NCBI GenBank assembly: GCA_020059745.1
Contig: JAGVBK010000002.1
Span: 104,301-168,300 of the forward strand
Reading direction: 5' to 3'
Length of the DNA: 64,000 bases
Source: Candidatus Shapirobacteria bacterium
Lineage (GTDB): Bacteria > Patescibacteriota > Microgenomatia > UM-FILTER-40-11
Shown piece after piece: positions 53,873 through 63,141 of this stretch (position 1 is the stretch's first letter; every line of letters begins with the position of its first letter). The position numbers were made by a program, and so were the translations under genes. Under the pieces are notes generated by a model, which was not told the origin of the DNA, made no database searches, and was given only the letters and a program-made list of their open reading frames with translations.

Positions 53873-54228
53873 TTTTTACATCCCCTTTGGCTTTTATGGC
53901 TGTTTTTTTTGATTTTTTCCTGCCCTGTTTTTTGCCCGCTTCAAATTTTTTTTATTTTTTTGCTAATTTTTTTGTATTTTTGTTAAAAAAAACAGGTTTT
54001 TGGCAAAAAAGACATAGGGTTTTTTTATTTTTTTCTCTTTTAATCTTACAGGATATTTTTAAAAAATAGTGTTTGTTTACTTTTTTCAGTTTTTGGGCAA
54101 ATGTTTTACTCTGGCTTTTAAACTTAATTTTTTGTTTTTCAAAGGATTTTTGCTAAAAAAATCAACTTAAAAGCTATAAGATTTATTGCTCTATTTCTAC
54201 AAGCTTATTTTTTAACACAAATTTGCTC

Positions 54229-55233
54229 CTATTTTCTAGTGACTGATCGCTTGTAAAGTTCAATGTTTTCCAAAGCAATTCCCGTTCCTTTAACAACGCA
54301 AAAAAGCGGGTCTTCGGCCACATGGCAGGAAACTCCCAACTCCTTAGTTAGCATCTTGTCAAAACCTCTAAGCAAACTTGTTCCTCCGGTCATCACAATT
54401 CCCTTGTCAATAATATCTGAGCTTAACTCAGGTGCGGTTTCTTCTAAAACCTCCTTAAGCATGTTCACAATCATGTTTAAAACCGGCTTTATTGCCTCGG
54501 TAACTTCATTTGAAGAAATAGTGATAATCTTAGGAAGACCAAGCAGAGAATCCCGGCCCTTGACTTCAAGGCTTTCTTCTTTTACCAAAGGCAAAGCAGA
54601 GCCGATTTTAATTTTAATCTCCTCAGAGGTTTGCTCGCCAATAACAATATTGTGCTTTCTCCTTAAATAAGAAGCAATTGCTTCATCAATCCTATTACCA
54701 GCCACTCTCACGCTTTTATGGACCACAACTCCGCCCAAAGAAATTACCGCTGCCTCAGAAGCACCGCCGCCCATATCTAAAACCATGTTACCCGAAGCCT
54801 GGGCAATCGGAATTTTGGCACCTATGGCCGCAGCTAAAGGCTCGTCAATAAGATAAGCGTTTCTGGCACCGGCAGAAAGAGTGGCATCCAAAACTGCCCT
54901 TCTTTCCACCTGGGTTACTCCAGCCGGAGTGCAAATCATTACCTCGGGCTTAAAAAGCCAAATCTTGCCGCAAACTTTCTGGACAAAATAGCGAAGCATT
55001 GCCTCGGTTACTTCGTAGTCAGCGATCACGCCTTCCCGAAGCGGTCTTAAAGCGGCAATATTACCGGGAGTTCTTCCCAGCATTGTCTTTGCCTCACCGC
55101 CAACTGCTAAAACCCGGTTATCTTCAACTGAAACCGCCACCACGGTTGGCTCATTAAGAACAATGCCCTTCCCAACCTCCCAAACCACAGTGTTTGCTGT
55201 CCCTAAATCAATGGCAATCTGCTTAGAAATCAC
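54229..55233 (-). CDS. mreB: MreB (copy 2)
   Basis: Contains IDLGTANT, LDMGGGASE and GGTSLLRG motifs. It is closer to canonical MreB than copy 1. Confidence 0.9.
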   Translation of the reverse strand: MISKQIAIDLGTANTVVWEVGKGIVLNEPTVVAVSVEDNRVLAVGGEAKTMLGRTPGNIAALRPLREGVIADYEVTEAMLRYFVQKVCGKIWLFKPEVMICTPAGVTQVERRAVLDATLSAGARNAYLIDEPLAAAIGAKIPIAQASGNMVLDMGGGASEAAVISLGGVVVHKSVRVAGNRIDEAIASYLRRKHNIVIGEQTSEEIKIKIGSALPLVKEESLEVKGRDSLLGLPKIITISSNEVTEAIKPVLNMIVNMLKEVLEETAPELSSDIIDKGIVMTGGTSLLRGFDKMLTKELGVSCHVAEDPLFCVVKGTGIALENIELYKRSVTRK

Positions 55234-55347
55234 TTGATATCTTCTGATATTAAATGCATATAGATAGAGACAGTTTTTAGACTATCTCTAAACTTTATTA
55301 TACAGACCTTCAAGGCTTTAGCAAGAATATTTGTAAGCTTTGCTTGG

Positions 55348-56688
55348 TTGTCTAAAATAAAGAAAAAAGATATAATTGCTAAAATGTTAAACCTTTCCAA
55401 ATACCGGGTACCCTTCTTTTTTTTAATCGTTGCTTTTGTAATCATTGGCACCTATGTTGCCATTAAATTCACTCAAGGTTATAGATTTGACTTTTCCAGT
55501 AAGTCGGTAATGCCCACCGGCATGCTGGTAGTTAACTCTTCTCCCCATGGCGCTCAAGTTTTTATTGACGGCAAGCTTAAAGGAGCCACAAACAGCACTC
55601 TTTCCCTTCCTCCGGGCGAATATCTGGTTGAAATTAAAAAACCTGGTACTTTCCCCTGGCAAAAAAAATTACTGATTGAAAAAGAGTTGGTTACCCAGGC
55701 TAACGCCTTGCTTTTCCCCCAGGTTCCTGATCTTAAACCCCTAACCTTTACCGGTGTGGAAAACCCAAAAATTTCACCTGACGGAGGAAAGATTGTTTAC
55801 AGCATTTCCTCACCTAGTCCCCAAGCCGGGCTTTGGGTTCTAGACTTGGGTGGTTTTCTTTTTAGCTCTAATCGAGAACCAAGGCAGATTGCAAAAGATA
55901 GGGCCGGTTATAACTTCTCTGAACTTAACTACTACTGGACTCCCGACTCAAGACAAATTCTTGTTGAAACCCAAAAAGAAAAATATCTGCTTGATCCCAG
56001 CCAGCTAAACCCGTCTGCAAGCTTTGTTGATGTTTCCAAAAGCCTTGAACAAATGGCTTTAACTTGGACTAAAGAAGAAAAAATCAGAAATGAAGCCAGG
56101 TTTAAGAAAGTTCCAGAAAAGTTAAAAGAAATTCTGGCTAGTTCTGCCACAGATATAAGCTTTAGCCCCGACGGCACTAAAATCCTTTACACAGCTACCG
56201 CTTCGGCTGAAATTCCGGAAAAGTTGATTCCGCCGGTTCCCGCTTCCTCAAACCAGCCTGAATCAAGAAAAATCGAGGCAGGTAGGCTTTATGTTTACGA
56301 CATAAAAGAGGATAGAAACTTTACAATTCCCTTTAATCTGCCTGAACCTACCCCCACCCCAACACAAGCCAAAAGCGTAAAAACAAAAGATAAAACCATA
56401 ACTCCCACTCCAACCCCCACCCCGGTTAAGATTGAAACGGAAAACTGGCTAACTAAACCCAATTGGTTTCCTTCAAGCAACCACTTAATCTGGCTTGAGG
56501 CGGGAGAGAACGGAGACAAGGTCATTATCTGCGAGTATGACGGCACCAACTCCACTGCTGTTTACTCTGGCCCAATGGTAAGTCCATTTGCCTTTGTTTC
56601 TCCAGGCGGAGAAAGGCTGGTTATTCTTACTCAGATTAGTTTTGACCCTGAATCAAAACCAAACCTCTACTCTGTTTCCTTGAAGTAA
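55348..56688 (+). CDS. PEGA-domain protein with beta-propeller-like C-terminal region
   Basis: It has an N-terminal TM helix and a PEGA-like SSPHGAQVFIDGKLKG...PGEYLVEIKKPG motif. Repeated SPDG.KI.Y segments and a Thr/Pro linker follow. Confidence 0.6.
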   Translation: MSKIKKKDIIAKMLNLSKYRVPFFFLIVAFVIIGTYVAIKFTQGYRFDFSSKSVMPTGMLVVNSSPHGAQVFIDGKLKGATNSTLSLPPGEYLVEIKKPGTFPWQKKLLIEKELVTQANALLFPQVPDLKPLTFTGVENPKISPDGGKIVYSISSPSPQAGLWVLDLGGFLFSSNREPRQIAKDRAGYNFSELNYYWTPDSRQILVETQKEKYLLDPSQLNPSASFVDVSKSLEQMALTWTKEEKIRNEARFKKVPEKLKEILASSATDISFSPDGTKILYTATASAEIPEKLIPPVPASSNQPESRKIEAGRLYVYDIKEDRNFTIPFNLPEPTPTPTQAKSVKTKDKTITPTPTPTPVKIETENWLTKPNWFPSSNHLIWLEAGENGDKVIICEYDGTNSTAVYSGPMVSPFAFVSPGGERLVILTQISFDPESKPNLYSVSLK

Positions 56689-56755
56689 CTTCTCTGAACT
56701 AAACAAATTGTCCCGCCCTTAGCGGGACAATCGTTCTCACATATCCTAATTTTTT

Positions 56756-57535
56756 TTATTCACTTTCCCCTACCGGAGCAATTGACCAGTCTTTAATCAG
56801 CCTGGTTTCTTCTACCTGGTTTAAGGAAGAATCCCAAGTTCCGCTTACCCTGACACGGTGGCCCTCTTTAAGCTCGGAAAAGGGAATCTCCTTGTGAGCC
56901 CTATTAACAATTTTAGTGCTCTCTTTAACAAGTACGGCTTGATCCTCTCTTTTTGCCGTCTCAATAACCAGCTTGCCCTCGCTTAGGCTTTTTATCTTGC
57001 CCCAAAAAGTGGCAAACCTCTTTTGTAAGGAAAGATCTCTCAAAATCCTTAATTCAAGTACCGCGTTGTCGCTGTCCTGCCAGGTTCCCCGGGCAGAAAC
57101 AAGATGGCCGACTTTAAGATCAGAAACCAAAGCCTTTCCTCCATATTTTTTAAGAATGACTGTTTTCTCAGTTACCAAAAGCTTAACTTCTTTACTTTCA
57201 TGGGTAACAGTAATTTCGTTTCCGGAAATTACTTTTATTTCTGCTTGGTTAAGTCCGGCCGGAAGAAGCTTTGGGTAAAGTTTTCTTATTCTTTCAAGAA
57301 TTCTTGAACGGATGTTTTGACCTGCCTGGCCTGAAGGCGTTGCCAATCTTTTTTCTTCCGTTATCTCGTTTCTTGCTTCTTCTTTTATCCCTTTAATGCT
57401 TTCCCTTACCTCCTCCTTAATTTCTTTTCTTATTGCATTTTGCATTTGGGGAGCATTGCCCTGGCCAAAAACCTGGGTATTAAAAAGAAAAAGAAAGATG
57501 ACAAAAAAAACAGCAGTTTTCTTCAATGGTCTCAC
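56756..57535 (-). CDS. Secreted protein with two DUF5666-like repeats
   Basis: It has a signal peptide and the repeated pattern S.LK.GH.V...GTW. Confidence 0.45.
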   Translation of the reverse strand: MRPLKKTAVFFVIFLFLFNTQVFGQGNAPQMQNAIRKEIKEEVRESIKGIKEEARNEITEEKRLATPSGQAGQNIRSRILERIRKLYPKLLPAGLNQAEIKVISGNEITVTHESKEVKLLVTEKTVILKKYGGKALVSDLKVGHLVSARGTWQDSDNAVLELRILRDLSLQKRFATFWGKIKSLSEGKLVIETAKREDQAVLVKESTKIVNRAHKEIPFSELKEGHRVRVSGTWDSSLNQVEETRLIKDWSIAPVGESE

Positions 57536-57599
57536 CCCCTTTCTTTTTATTAATACCCCAAAAGAAGCAAAAAAGTTTCAAACTGCTAAAGGTTTGGGA

Positions 57600-58016
57600 T
57601 TATTCAATTTCGTAGTAAACCACTAGCTCTTCTTCCGCATCTCCAATTTCATTTCCGGCTACTACCAAAATATAGTTTTCCCCTTCCTCAAGTTCAAGGG
57701 AAACATTGAAACTCCCGTCTTTGTCGGCAACAGTCTCTTTATCATTCACAAACACTTCAGCTTGAGCCAATGTTTTACCCCTAACTTCAACTATGGCTTG
57801 GCCTAGCGTGGTCTTGTTTTTAGGGCTCTCTATTTCAAGAAAGAATCGCTCTTTTTTTAATAAAGAATCTTCTTCCTTGTTTACCGCTGTTTGGCTTTCC
57901 TCGGTTAATTCCTTCAGGCTCTCCGGCTTTTGGGTGAAAACAAGGTACCCCCCCAAAAAAAGAAGAATAATAAACCCGGCAAGTAAATAAATTGTGGCTG
58001 CTCCTTTATTTTTCAT
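57600..58016 (-). CDS. Membrane-anchored extracytoplasmic protein
   Basis: The start is taken at MKNKGAATIYLLAGFIILLF. It has a single TM helix and a beta-rich C-terminal domain. Confidence 0.45.
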   Translation of the reverse strand: MKNKGAATIYLLAGFIILLFLGGYLVFTQKPESLKELTEESQTAVNKEEDSLLKKERFFLEIESPKNKTTLGQAIVEVRGKTLAQAEVFVNDKETVADKDGSFNVSLELEEGENYILVVAGNEIGDAEEELVVYYEIE

Positions 58017-58389
58017 TTTCTTTAAAGAGAATATATAAAGAAAAAGCAAAAGTTGTCACTAAGAAGAAAAGCAGGAAAAGCTCTTTTAATGGGTTTGCCT
58101 CAAGCATGGCTTGAAAAACTGCCCTAGGTTCTGTGGCTAGCCAGCTTTTATCCCAAAAAAGAAGCTGCCAGAACCCAAGGCTGTTAAGTGTTTTTGATAC
58201 CTGGAAAGCTTGCCTGACTGTAAAGAAAGCCAAAAGCACGGAAAGAAAAAGAAGCAAAAAAGAAAGCCTTCTTTCCCAAAGCTTTATTGCCTCCATTTTA
58301 ATTATTTCCCAAATGATTTTTTCAACCGGCCTTTTAGGCTCTACCTTAGGCAAGTTTTCAATTAGTTTTTTTAATTTGTCTTCTTTCAT
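58006..58389 (-). CDS. Putative anti-sigma factor (membrane protein)
   Basis: 127 aa with several TM helices. It lies immediately downstream of, and is probably translationally coupled to, the ECF sigma gene. The call is by position only. Confidence 0.4.
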   Translation of the reverse strand: MKEDKLKKLIENLPKVEPKRPVEKIIWEIIKMEAIKLWERRLSFLLLFLSVLLAFFTVRQAFQVSKTLNSLGFWQLLFWDKSWLATEPRAVFQAMLEANPLKELFLLFFLVTTFAFSLYILFKENEK

Positions 58390-58390
58390 T

Positions 58391-58945
58391 TTAAATTAAA
58401 TCGCTAAGTTCTGATTCAAGCTTTTCCTTGCCCCTTTTGATGTGGGTTCTTATGGTATTAACCGGCATACCCAGGCTTTCGGCAATCTCATTATATTTCA
58501 AGTCTTCAAAATAGTATAAAAAAAGTGCTAAACGGTACTTTTCAGGCAGTTTTTGCAAGGCTTTCTGCACTCTTTCCGCTATCTCATTCCCGCAAACTTC
58601 ATCTAAAAGGTTAGTTTTCTCATCTACCACTTCCTTTTCCTGCCATTCTCCGTTTTCGTTTTTAATTTTAGGAAAAAGAAAGGTTGTTTTTGCTTTCCTA
58701 AAGCTTAAACAGGTGTTTGTGGCTACCTTGTAAGCCCATGGTTTAAACCGTGAGCCCTTGTCAAAAGTTTTAAGATATTTATAAATTCTTAAAAATATTT
58801 CGCTGGTCAGGTCTTCAGCTAAAAAGTGGTCGCCAAGAAAACGGTAAGAAAGATTAAAAAAAGGTTTGTGATAACGCCTAAAAAGCTCTCCTAAAGCTTC
58901 TTTATCGGAATTCAAAACCCTTTCTACTAATTCTTCGTCTGTCAT
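58391..58945 (-). CDS. ECF-type RNA polymerase sigma factor
   Basis: 184 aa with region 2 (FLRIYKYLKTFD....F.PWAYKVATN) and the region 4 HTH (YNEIAESLGMPVNTIRTHIKRGKEKL). Confidence 0.85.
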   Translation of the reverse strand: MTDEELVERVLNSDKEALGELFRRYHKPFFNLSYRFLGDHFLAEDLTSEIFLRIYKYLKTFDKGSRFKPWAYKVATNTCLSFRKAKTTFLFPKIKNENGEWQEKEVVDEKTNLLDEVCGNEIAERVQKALQKLPEKYRLALFLYYFEDLKYNEIAESLGMPVNTIRTHIKRGKEKLESELSDLI

Positions 58946-58976
58946 TAATAAAAATTAATTAAAAGGGCAGAATTTG

Positions 58977-59049
58977 TGCCGCTGGAGGGAATCGAACCCC
59001 CAACCTTTCCCTTAGGACGGGACTGCTCTATCCGTTGAGCTACAACGGC
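58977..59049 (-). tRNA. tRNA-Arg (anticodon CCU)
   Basis: The reverse complement folds as acceptor GCCGUUG/CAGCGGC, D-arm GCUC-AACGGAUA-GAGC, anticodon loop GUCCUAA and T-arm GGGGG-UUCGAUU-CCCUC. Confidence 0.8.
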
Positions 59050-59115
59050 ATTTTGTCATAAATTTACGACATATGTATTTTACCTTAAATAGCCTCGGGA
59101 AACAAACCGAAAAAG

Positions 59116-59562
59116 CTAATAGCTAACCCTATCTCCTATTTCAATGCCATTTGCTTCGCACCAGCCTGAATTAACCTCAATTACTTTGTCTGCCGGTTCG
59201 CGGCTGGTATAGGTTTTCCTTGGGCTCTCAAACTCATGAGGTCCTGGCCTAGAAACGCTTTTGGCAATATCGACAATGGTTTCTCCTCTTACCCAAATAA
59301 TATCAATATCAAAATGCATCTTCCTCATCCAAAAGCCATAAAATCCAGGTTCTGGAAACAAAAAAAGCATACCGCAATCTGGGCACAAACTTTTTCTCTC
59401 CGACAAACCCTGCTGCCTTAGGCTGGACGTATCAGCAATTTCAACTTCAATTTTTTTTCCATTAATGCTTATATAGTTTTTGCCTTCAGTTTTATGATTA
59501 AAAAAAATCAGGCCAATGATCAGAAAGACAAGACCAAAAATTATAATGCGAAGCTTAGCCAT
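59116..59562 (-). CDS. DUF192-family protein
   Basis: It has a signal anchor and the pattern GL......L....GMLF.F......FWM....F.IDIIW typical of DUF192. Confidence 0.65.
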   Translation of the reverse strand: MAKLRIIIFGLVFLIIGLIFFNHKTEGKNYISINGKKIEVEIADTSSLRQQGLSERKSLCPDCGMLFLFPEPGFYGFWMRKMHFDIDIIWVRGETIVDIAKSVSRPGPHEFESPRKTYTSREPADKVIEVNSGWCEANGIEIGDRVSY

Positions 59563-59599
59563 GCTTTAATTTTAGCATCTCGGGTGTTAAGATTTAGGT

Positions 59600-61366
59600 A
59601 TGAAGAAAATTTTTTTTGCCTTCTTGTCTTTACTACTTTTTTTCTCAAAACCCGCTTTTGCCCAAAAATACGGCTCACACCCTTACATTATAAACAACTT
59701 TGAAGCAGAAATTGACCTTAACAAAGACACTTCTTTAACTGTAACGGAAAAGATAAATACCCAGTTTAATATCCCCTCGCACGGCATTTTCAGAGTAATT
59801 CCTGTTACCTATACTGCCGGAGCCAAAACAATTAATGCAGACTTTGAAATACTTTCCCTTACTGACGAAAGCGATAATCCTGTTCCTTATGAAACAAGCC
59901 GGCTCAAGCAAAGCGTGAATATCAAAATCGGTAATCCTGACAGAGAGATAACCGGCGAAAAAACTTACCTTCTAAAATACAGAATTAAAGGCATTGTTTT
60001 AAGGTATGAGAACCACGATGAGATTTACTGGAACGTTACCGGCTGGGAATGGGACACCTGGATTGTCAAAGCCTCGGCTACCATAAATTCTCCCTATGCT
60101 GAGATTGCAAACCATCACTGTTTTGTCGGCAGTTTCGGCGAAAAAGAAACCGACTGCAGTGTTCAGAGTAGTAAAAATAAAATTGTTTTCTCCGCTAACA
60201 CCCCACTTGAGCCGGGAGAAAACCTAACTGTTGTTACCGGTCTTAACAAAAATAACCAACTTGCCTTCCCTGGCTTTTTTGAAAGGACTTTAAAAATAAT
60301 TATTGATAACTCCGGCTATTTACTGGCTTTACTGCCTTTGGCAGTTATCCTTATTGCCTGGTATAAAAAAGGCAGAGATTTAAAGTATCAATCTGATAAT
60401 GTCTATATAAAACAAGATCCGAAAACAGCTAAGGCAAAGCCTCTTTTTGCCAGAGAACACCTACCCACGGTTTACTCACCAATTGAAGGACTTACCCCTG
60501 CTGAAATCGGCACCATTCTTGACGAAAAAATGGATATGAACGATTTAATTGCTGAAATTGTGGAACTGGCCAGACTTGGGTTTTTAGAAATAAAAAAGAC
60601 AGAAGAAAAAGGGTTTTTGGTCAATAAAACCAATTATTTGTTTACTAAAAAAGGCAAATCTCCTTCAAACCTAAAGGAACACCAGAAATTGCTTCTTGAG
60701 AAGCTTTTTAATAATAAAGAAGAGGTAACCCTGGAAAGCTTAAAAAACCGTTTTTACAAACATATTCCCGCTTTTAAAGACAAAGTTTATGTTTCACTTA
60801 CTAAAGAAGAAGTTTTCGATAAAGACCCCCAAAAGGTAATTAAAAAGTGGTATTTAGTCATATTTCTTATTGGCCTTGCGGTAAGTGTGGCAATATTTTC
60901 ATTATTCCCGACACAAGGTAACCCCTTTGTGTTTGTTGTCTTGGTCTTTTCGCTGGTTGCCTCTTTTTTGGTGGTCAGACACATGCCCAGAAAAACAGGC
61001 TGGGGATACTCCCTTTATAGGCAAATAAAAGGACTAAAATATTATCTTGACAAGGGAAAGTGGCGGGAAGAAATTGCTGAAAAAAATTTGTTCTTTCAGG
61101 AAATTTTGCCTCTAAGCATTAGCCTGGGTCTGGTTCACAAGCTTTCGCGCGAAATGGCTGATTTGGGTGTTGAGCCGCCAAGTTACCTAAACGGCTTTAC
61201 CGCTGCCAGCTTTTCTTCAGACTTTAGCAGCTTTTCAAGCAGTGTTTCCGGCAACTTAGGCTCCTCTCCCAGTGGCAGATCTGGTTTTTCGGGAAGTTCT
61301 GGGTTTTCCGGAGGCGGAGGCTTCTCAGGCGGAGGTTTTGGTGGTGGTGGCGGCGGAAGATGGTAA
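59600..61366 (+). CDS. DUF2207-like membrane protein with Gly/Ser-rich tail
   Basis: 588 aa with a signal peptide and an extracytoplasmic N-terminal domain. TM helices follow, and the C-terminus ends SGGGGFSGGGFGGGGGGRW. Confidence 0.65.
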   Translation: MKKIFFAFLSLLLFFSKPAFAQKYGSHPYIINNFEAEIDLNKDTSLTVTEKINTQFNIPSHGIFRVIPVTYTAGAKTINADFEILSLTDESDNPVPYETSRLKQSVNIKIGNPDREITGEKTYLLKYRIKGIVLRYENHDEIYWNVTGWEWDTWIVKASATINSPYAEIANHHCFVGSFGEKETDCSVQSSKNKIVFSANTPLEPGENLTVVTGLNKNNQLAFPGFFERTLKIIIDNSGYLLALLPLAVILIAWYKKGRDLKYQSDNVYIKQDPKTAKAKPLFAREHLPTVYSPIEGLTPAEIGTILDEKMDMNDLIAEIVELARLGFLEIKKTEEKGFLVNKTNYLFTKKGKSPSNLKEHQKLLLEKLFNNKEEVTLESLKNRFYKHIPAFKDKVYVSLTKEEVFDKDPQKVIKKWYLVIFLIGLAVSVAIFSLFPTQGNPFVFVVLVFSLVASFLVVRHMPRKTGWGYSLYRQIKGLKYYLDKGKWREEIAEKNLFFQEILPLSISLGLVHKLSREMADLGVEPPSYLNGFTAASFSSDFSSFSSSVSGNLGSSPSGRSGFSGSSGFSGGGGFSGGGFGGGGGGRW

Positions 61367-61662
61367 ATAAACGAACGAGGGGTAGCAAAACCACAAGGCA
61401 AGAAACTGCTTTGCCACCCCTCCGGCCACTACCAACCTGATACCATGGAGAGAAATGCTCCTCCCCATTCTCTCAGTAGCGGCAGAATGCCGGTAAAAAA
61501 GGTCCAAAAAAAGATTACCTCGAAAACCGCGACCCCCATCCATGCCAAGGCGCACAGCGGATCGAATCCCAGCTTTCTCATTTTGCCCCTTTTGCCAGCT
61601 AGGCACTTGAGCCTGAACGACGCTTAAGTCTGACCAGACTCTTAAACCTCTTAAAAGTGCTA
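61366..61662 (-). ncRNA. Structured ncRNA candidate (unclassified), strand tentative
   Basis: This is a GC-richer, ORF-poor patch. On the minus strand, an extended -10 TGGTATAAT (61678-61670) lies upstream. A long hairpin (61378-61422) with a U-rich tail lies at the far end. Several perfect local hairpins lie inside. Confidence 0.4.
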
Positions 61663-61701
61663 TATAGTAATTATACCAAAAGGTATCAAATTATTGCGGT
61701 T

Positions 61702-61935
61702 TCAGGAAGTTTTCTGAGGATCGGAAGTCTTTTGAAAAGAAACATCGACCCCTGTTCCGTTGATAGGAAGATGAAGCTTAACTATATCCCCTACCTGGGA
61801 AATCCCGATTTTGCCACCATTTTTATGGACTATGATTTTTAACGCACCCATAAAAGCATCCGCTGCCTCGGGACCAAGAATTTTTTTAAAAGCTTCTATA
61901 GATTTTGCTACTCGGTCATCTTCTCTTTCCGACAT
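61702..61935 (-). CDS. Hypothetical small protein
   Basis: The start is taken at MSEREDDRVAKSIEAFKK, giving 77 aa. No SD and no recognised motif. Confidence 0.35.
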   Translation of the reverse strand: MSEREDDRVAKSIEAFKKILGPEAADAFMGALKIIVHKNGGKIGISQVGDIVKLHLPINGTGVDVSFQKTSDPQKTS

Positions 61936-61960
61936 ATTGCTAAAATATATCCAAAAGAGC

Positions 61961-61989
61961 TTTAAAATCAACCCCCAAAATGCTAAAAT
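61961..61989 (+). promoter_or_regulatory. Promoter upstream of the tRNA-half-like leader and tRNA-Pro
   Basis: TTTAAA (61961-61966), a 17-nt spacer, then TGcTAAAAT (61981-61989). Confidence 0.5.
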
Positions 61990-61999
61990 TCTATTGATA

Positions 62000-62084
62000 G
62001 CGAGCGTAGTTCACCCGCCTGCAAAAGCTGACGCTTTAGCGTCTGCGGGCAGGTCGGTAGAATGCACGGTTCAGCCTGCCCGCC
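62000..62084 (+). other. tRNA 5'-half-like leader with GC-rich D-loop hairpin
   Basis: GCGAGCG-UA-GUUC-A[40-nt hairpin 62014-62053]UCGGUA-GAAU-G-CACGG-UUC..., then GCCUGCCCGCC. The D-arm is near-identical to that of the downstream tRNA-Pro. No matching 3' half lies nearby. Confidence 0.5.
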
Positions 62085-62095
62085 AACAACAACGC

Positions 62096-62170
62096 CGGAA
62101 TGTAGTTCATCGGTAGAACGCTCGGTTCGGGACCGAGAGGTAGAGGGTTCAATTCCCTCCATTCCGACCA
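62096..62170 (+). tRNA. tRNA-Pro (anticodon CGG)
   Basis: Acceptor CGGAAUG/CAUUCCG, D-arm GUUC-AUCGGUA-GAAC, anticodon arm CUCGG-UUCGGGA-CCGAG, T-arm GAGGG-UUCAAUU-CCCUC, with an encoded ACCA. Confidence 0.85.
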
Positions 62171-62194
62171 GCTTCTAAATGCTAAAATAAATAA

Positions 62195-63097
62195 ATGCCT
62201 AAAACTGTTGTAACAACTGGTAAGCGATTTTGCGATATTGACGGTCTTGCTTGTGTTGTTGCCTACAGTGAAATTCCCCAAGTTCGCCCTATTCCGGTAA
62301 TTGTTTCCACCTTAAACCACAGTATCAGTAAAGAAATAAGGCAATGGCCGCTTAACTTTTTAAAACATTATGAAGACGAGCCTGACACCAGCTATGTAAT
62401 TGTCGATGTTTCTGAGCCCGACCAATTCCCCCCCTTTGTCAAAGACGAAAGGATTATTGAAATAATTGACCATCATGTTGGTTTTGAAAATCATTGGCAA
62501 GAAAAAATCGGGGAAAAAGCAAAAATTGAAGAAATCGGTGCTTGCGCCACACAAATTTGGGAAGAATTTAAGCTTCGAAAGCCGGGAGCCAAAATGAGCA
62601 GTCTAAGCGCCAATCTTTTATATACTGCCATTTTGTCAAATACCTTAAATTTTCAGTCTTTCTGGACCACTGAGAGGGACAAGAAGGCCTTCGAAGAGCT
62701 TAAGGCATATGTTAACCTACCTCCAAACTGGATTTCCATTTATTACCTTGATCAGGAAAGAGAAATTTACCAAAAACCTGAGGTTGTTCTTAAAAACGAC
62801 ACTAAAATTCAGACCATAAAGGGAATGAAGTGTACTTTCGGCCAGATTGAGCTTTACAACAGCAGGGACTTTTTAAAACAATTCAGCGGGTTGGTGGAAT
62901 CTGTTTTAAAAGAATACGGCAGCGAAGCTTGGATTTTGTCCTCCCCCTGCATTAGCGAAGGAAGAAACTATCTCTTCACTAAAAATAAAACTTTAAAAGA
63001 CTTAATAAGCAGGGTTTTACAAGTCTCTTTCGAGGGTAATGTGGGAGTAACCAGGAAGATTTGGACCAGGAAAGAAATTCTTCAAAAAATTCAGTAA
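62195..63097 (+). CDS. DHH-family phosphoesterase (family II pyrophosphatase-like)
   Basis: 300 aa with CDIDGLACVVAYSE and IIDHHVG (DHH) motifs. Confidence 0.6.
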   Translation: MPKTVVTTGKRFCDIDGLACVVAYSEIPQVRPIPVIVSTLNHSISKEIRQWPLNFLKHYEDEPDTSYVIVDVSEPDQFPPFVKDERIIEIIDHHVGFENHWQEKIGEKAKIEEIGACATQIWEEFKLRKPGAKMSSLSANLLYTAILSNTLNFQSFWTTERDKKAFEELKAYVNLPPNWISIYYLDQEREIYQKPEVVLKNDTKIQTIKGMKCTFGQIELYNSRDFLKQFSGLVESVLKEYGSEAWILSSPCISEGRNYLFTKNKTLKDLISRVLQVSFEGNVGVTRKIWTRKEILQKIQ

Positions 63098-63141
63098 AAA
63101 GTGCTTGATAAATTTTTTTCTTCTTGGTAAGGTTATAGAGA

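Noticed and set aside
61500-61545. tmRNA 5' end-like GGGGGUCGCGGUUUUCGAGG on the minus strand
   Set aside because: No T-arm or ACCA terminus was found, either downstream (standard layout) or upstream (permuted layout). There is no tag reading frame with a stop before the DUF2207 CDS.
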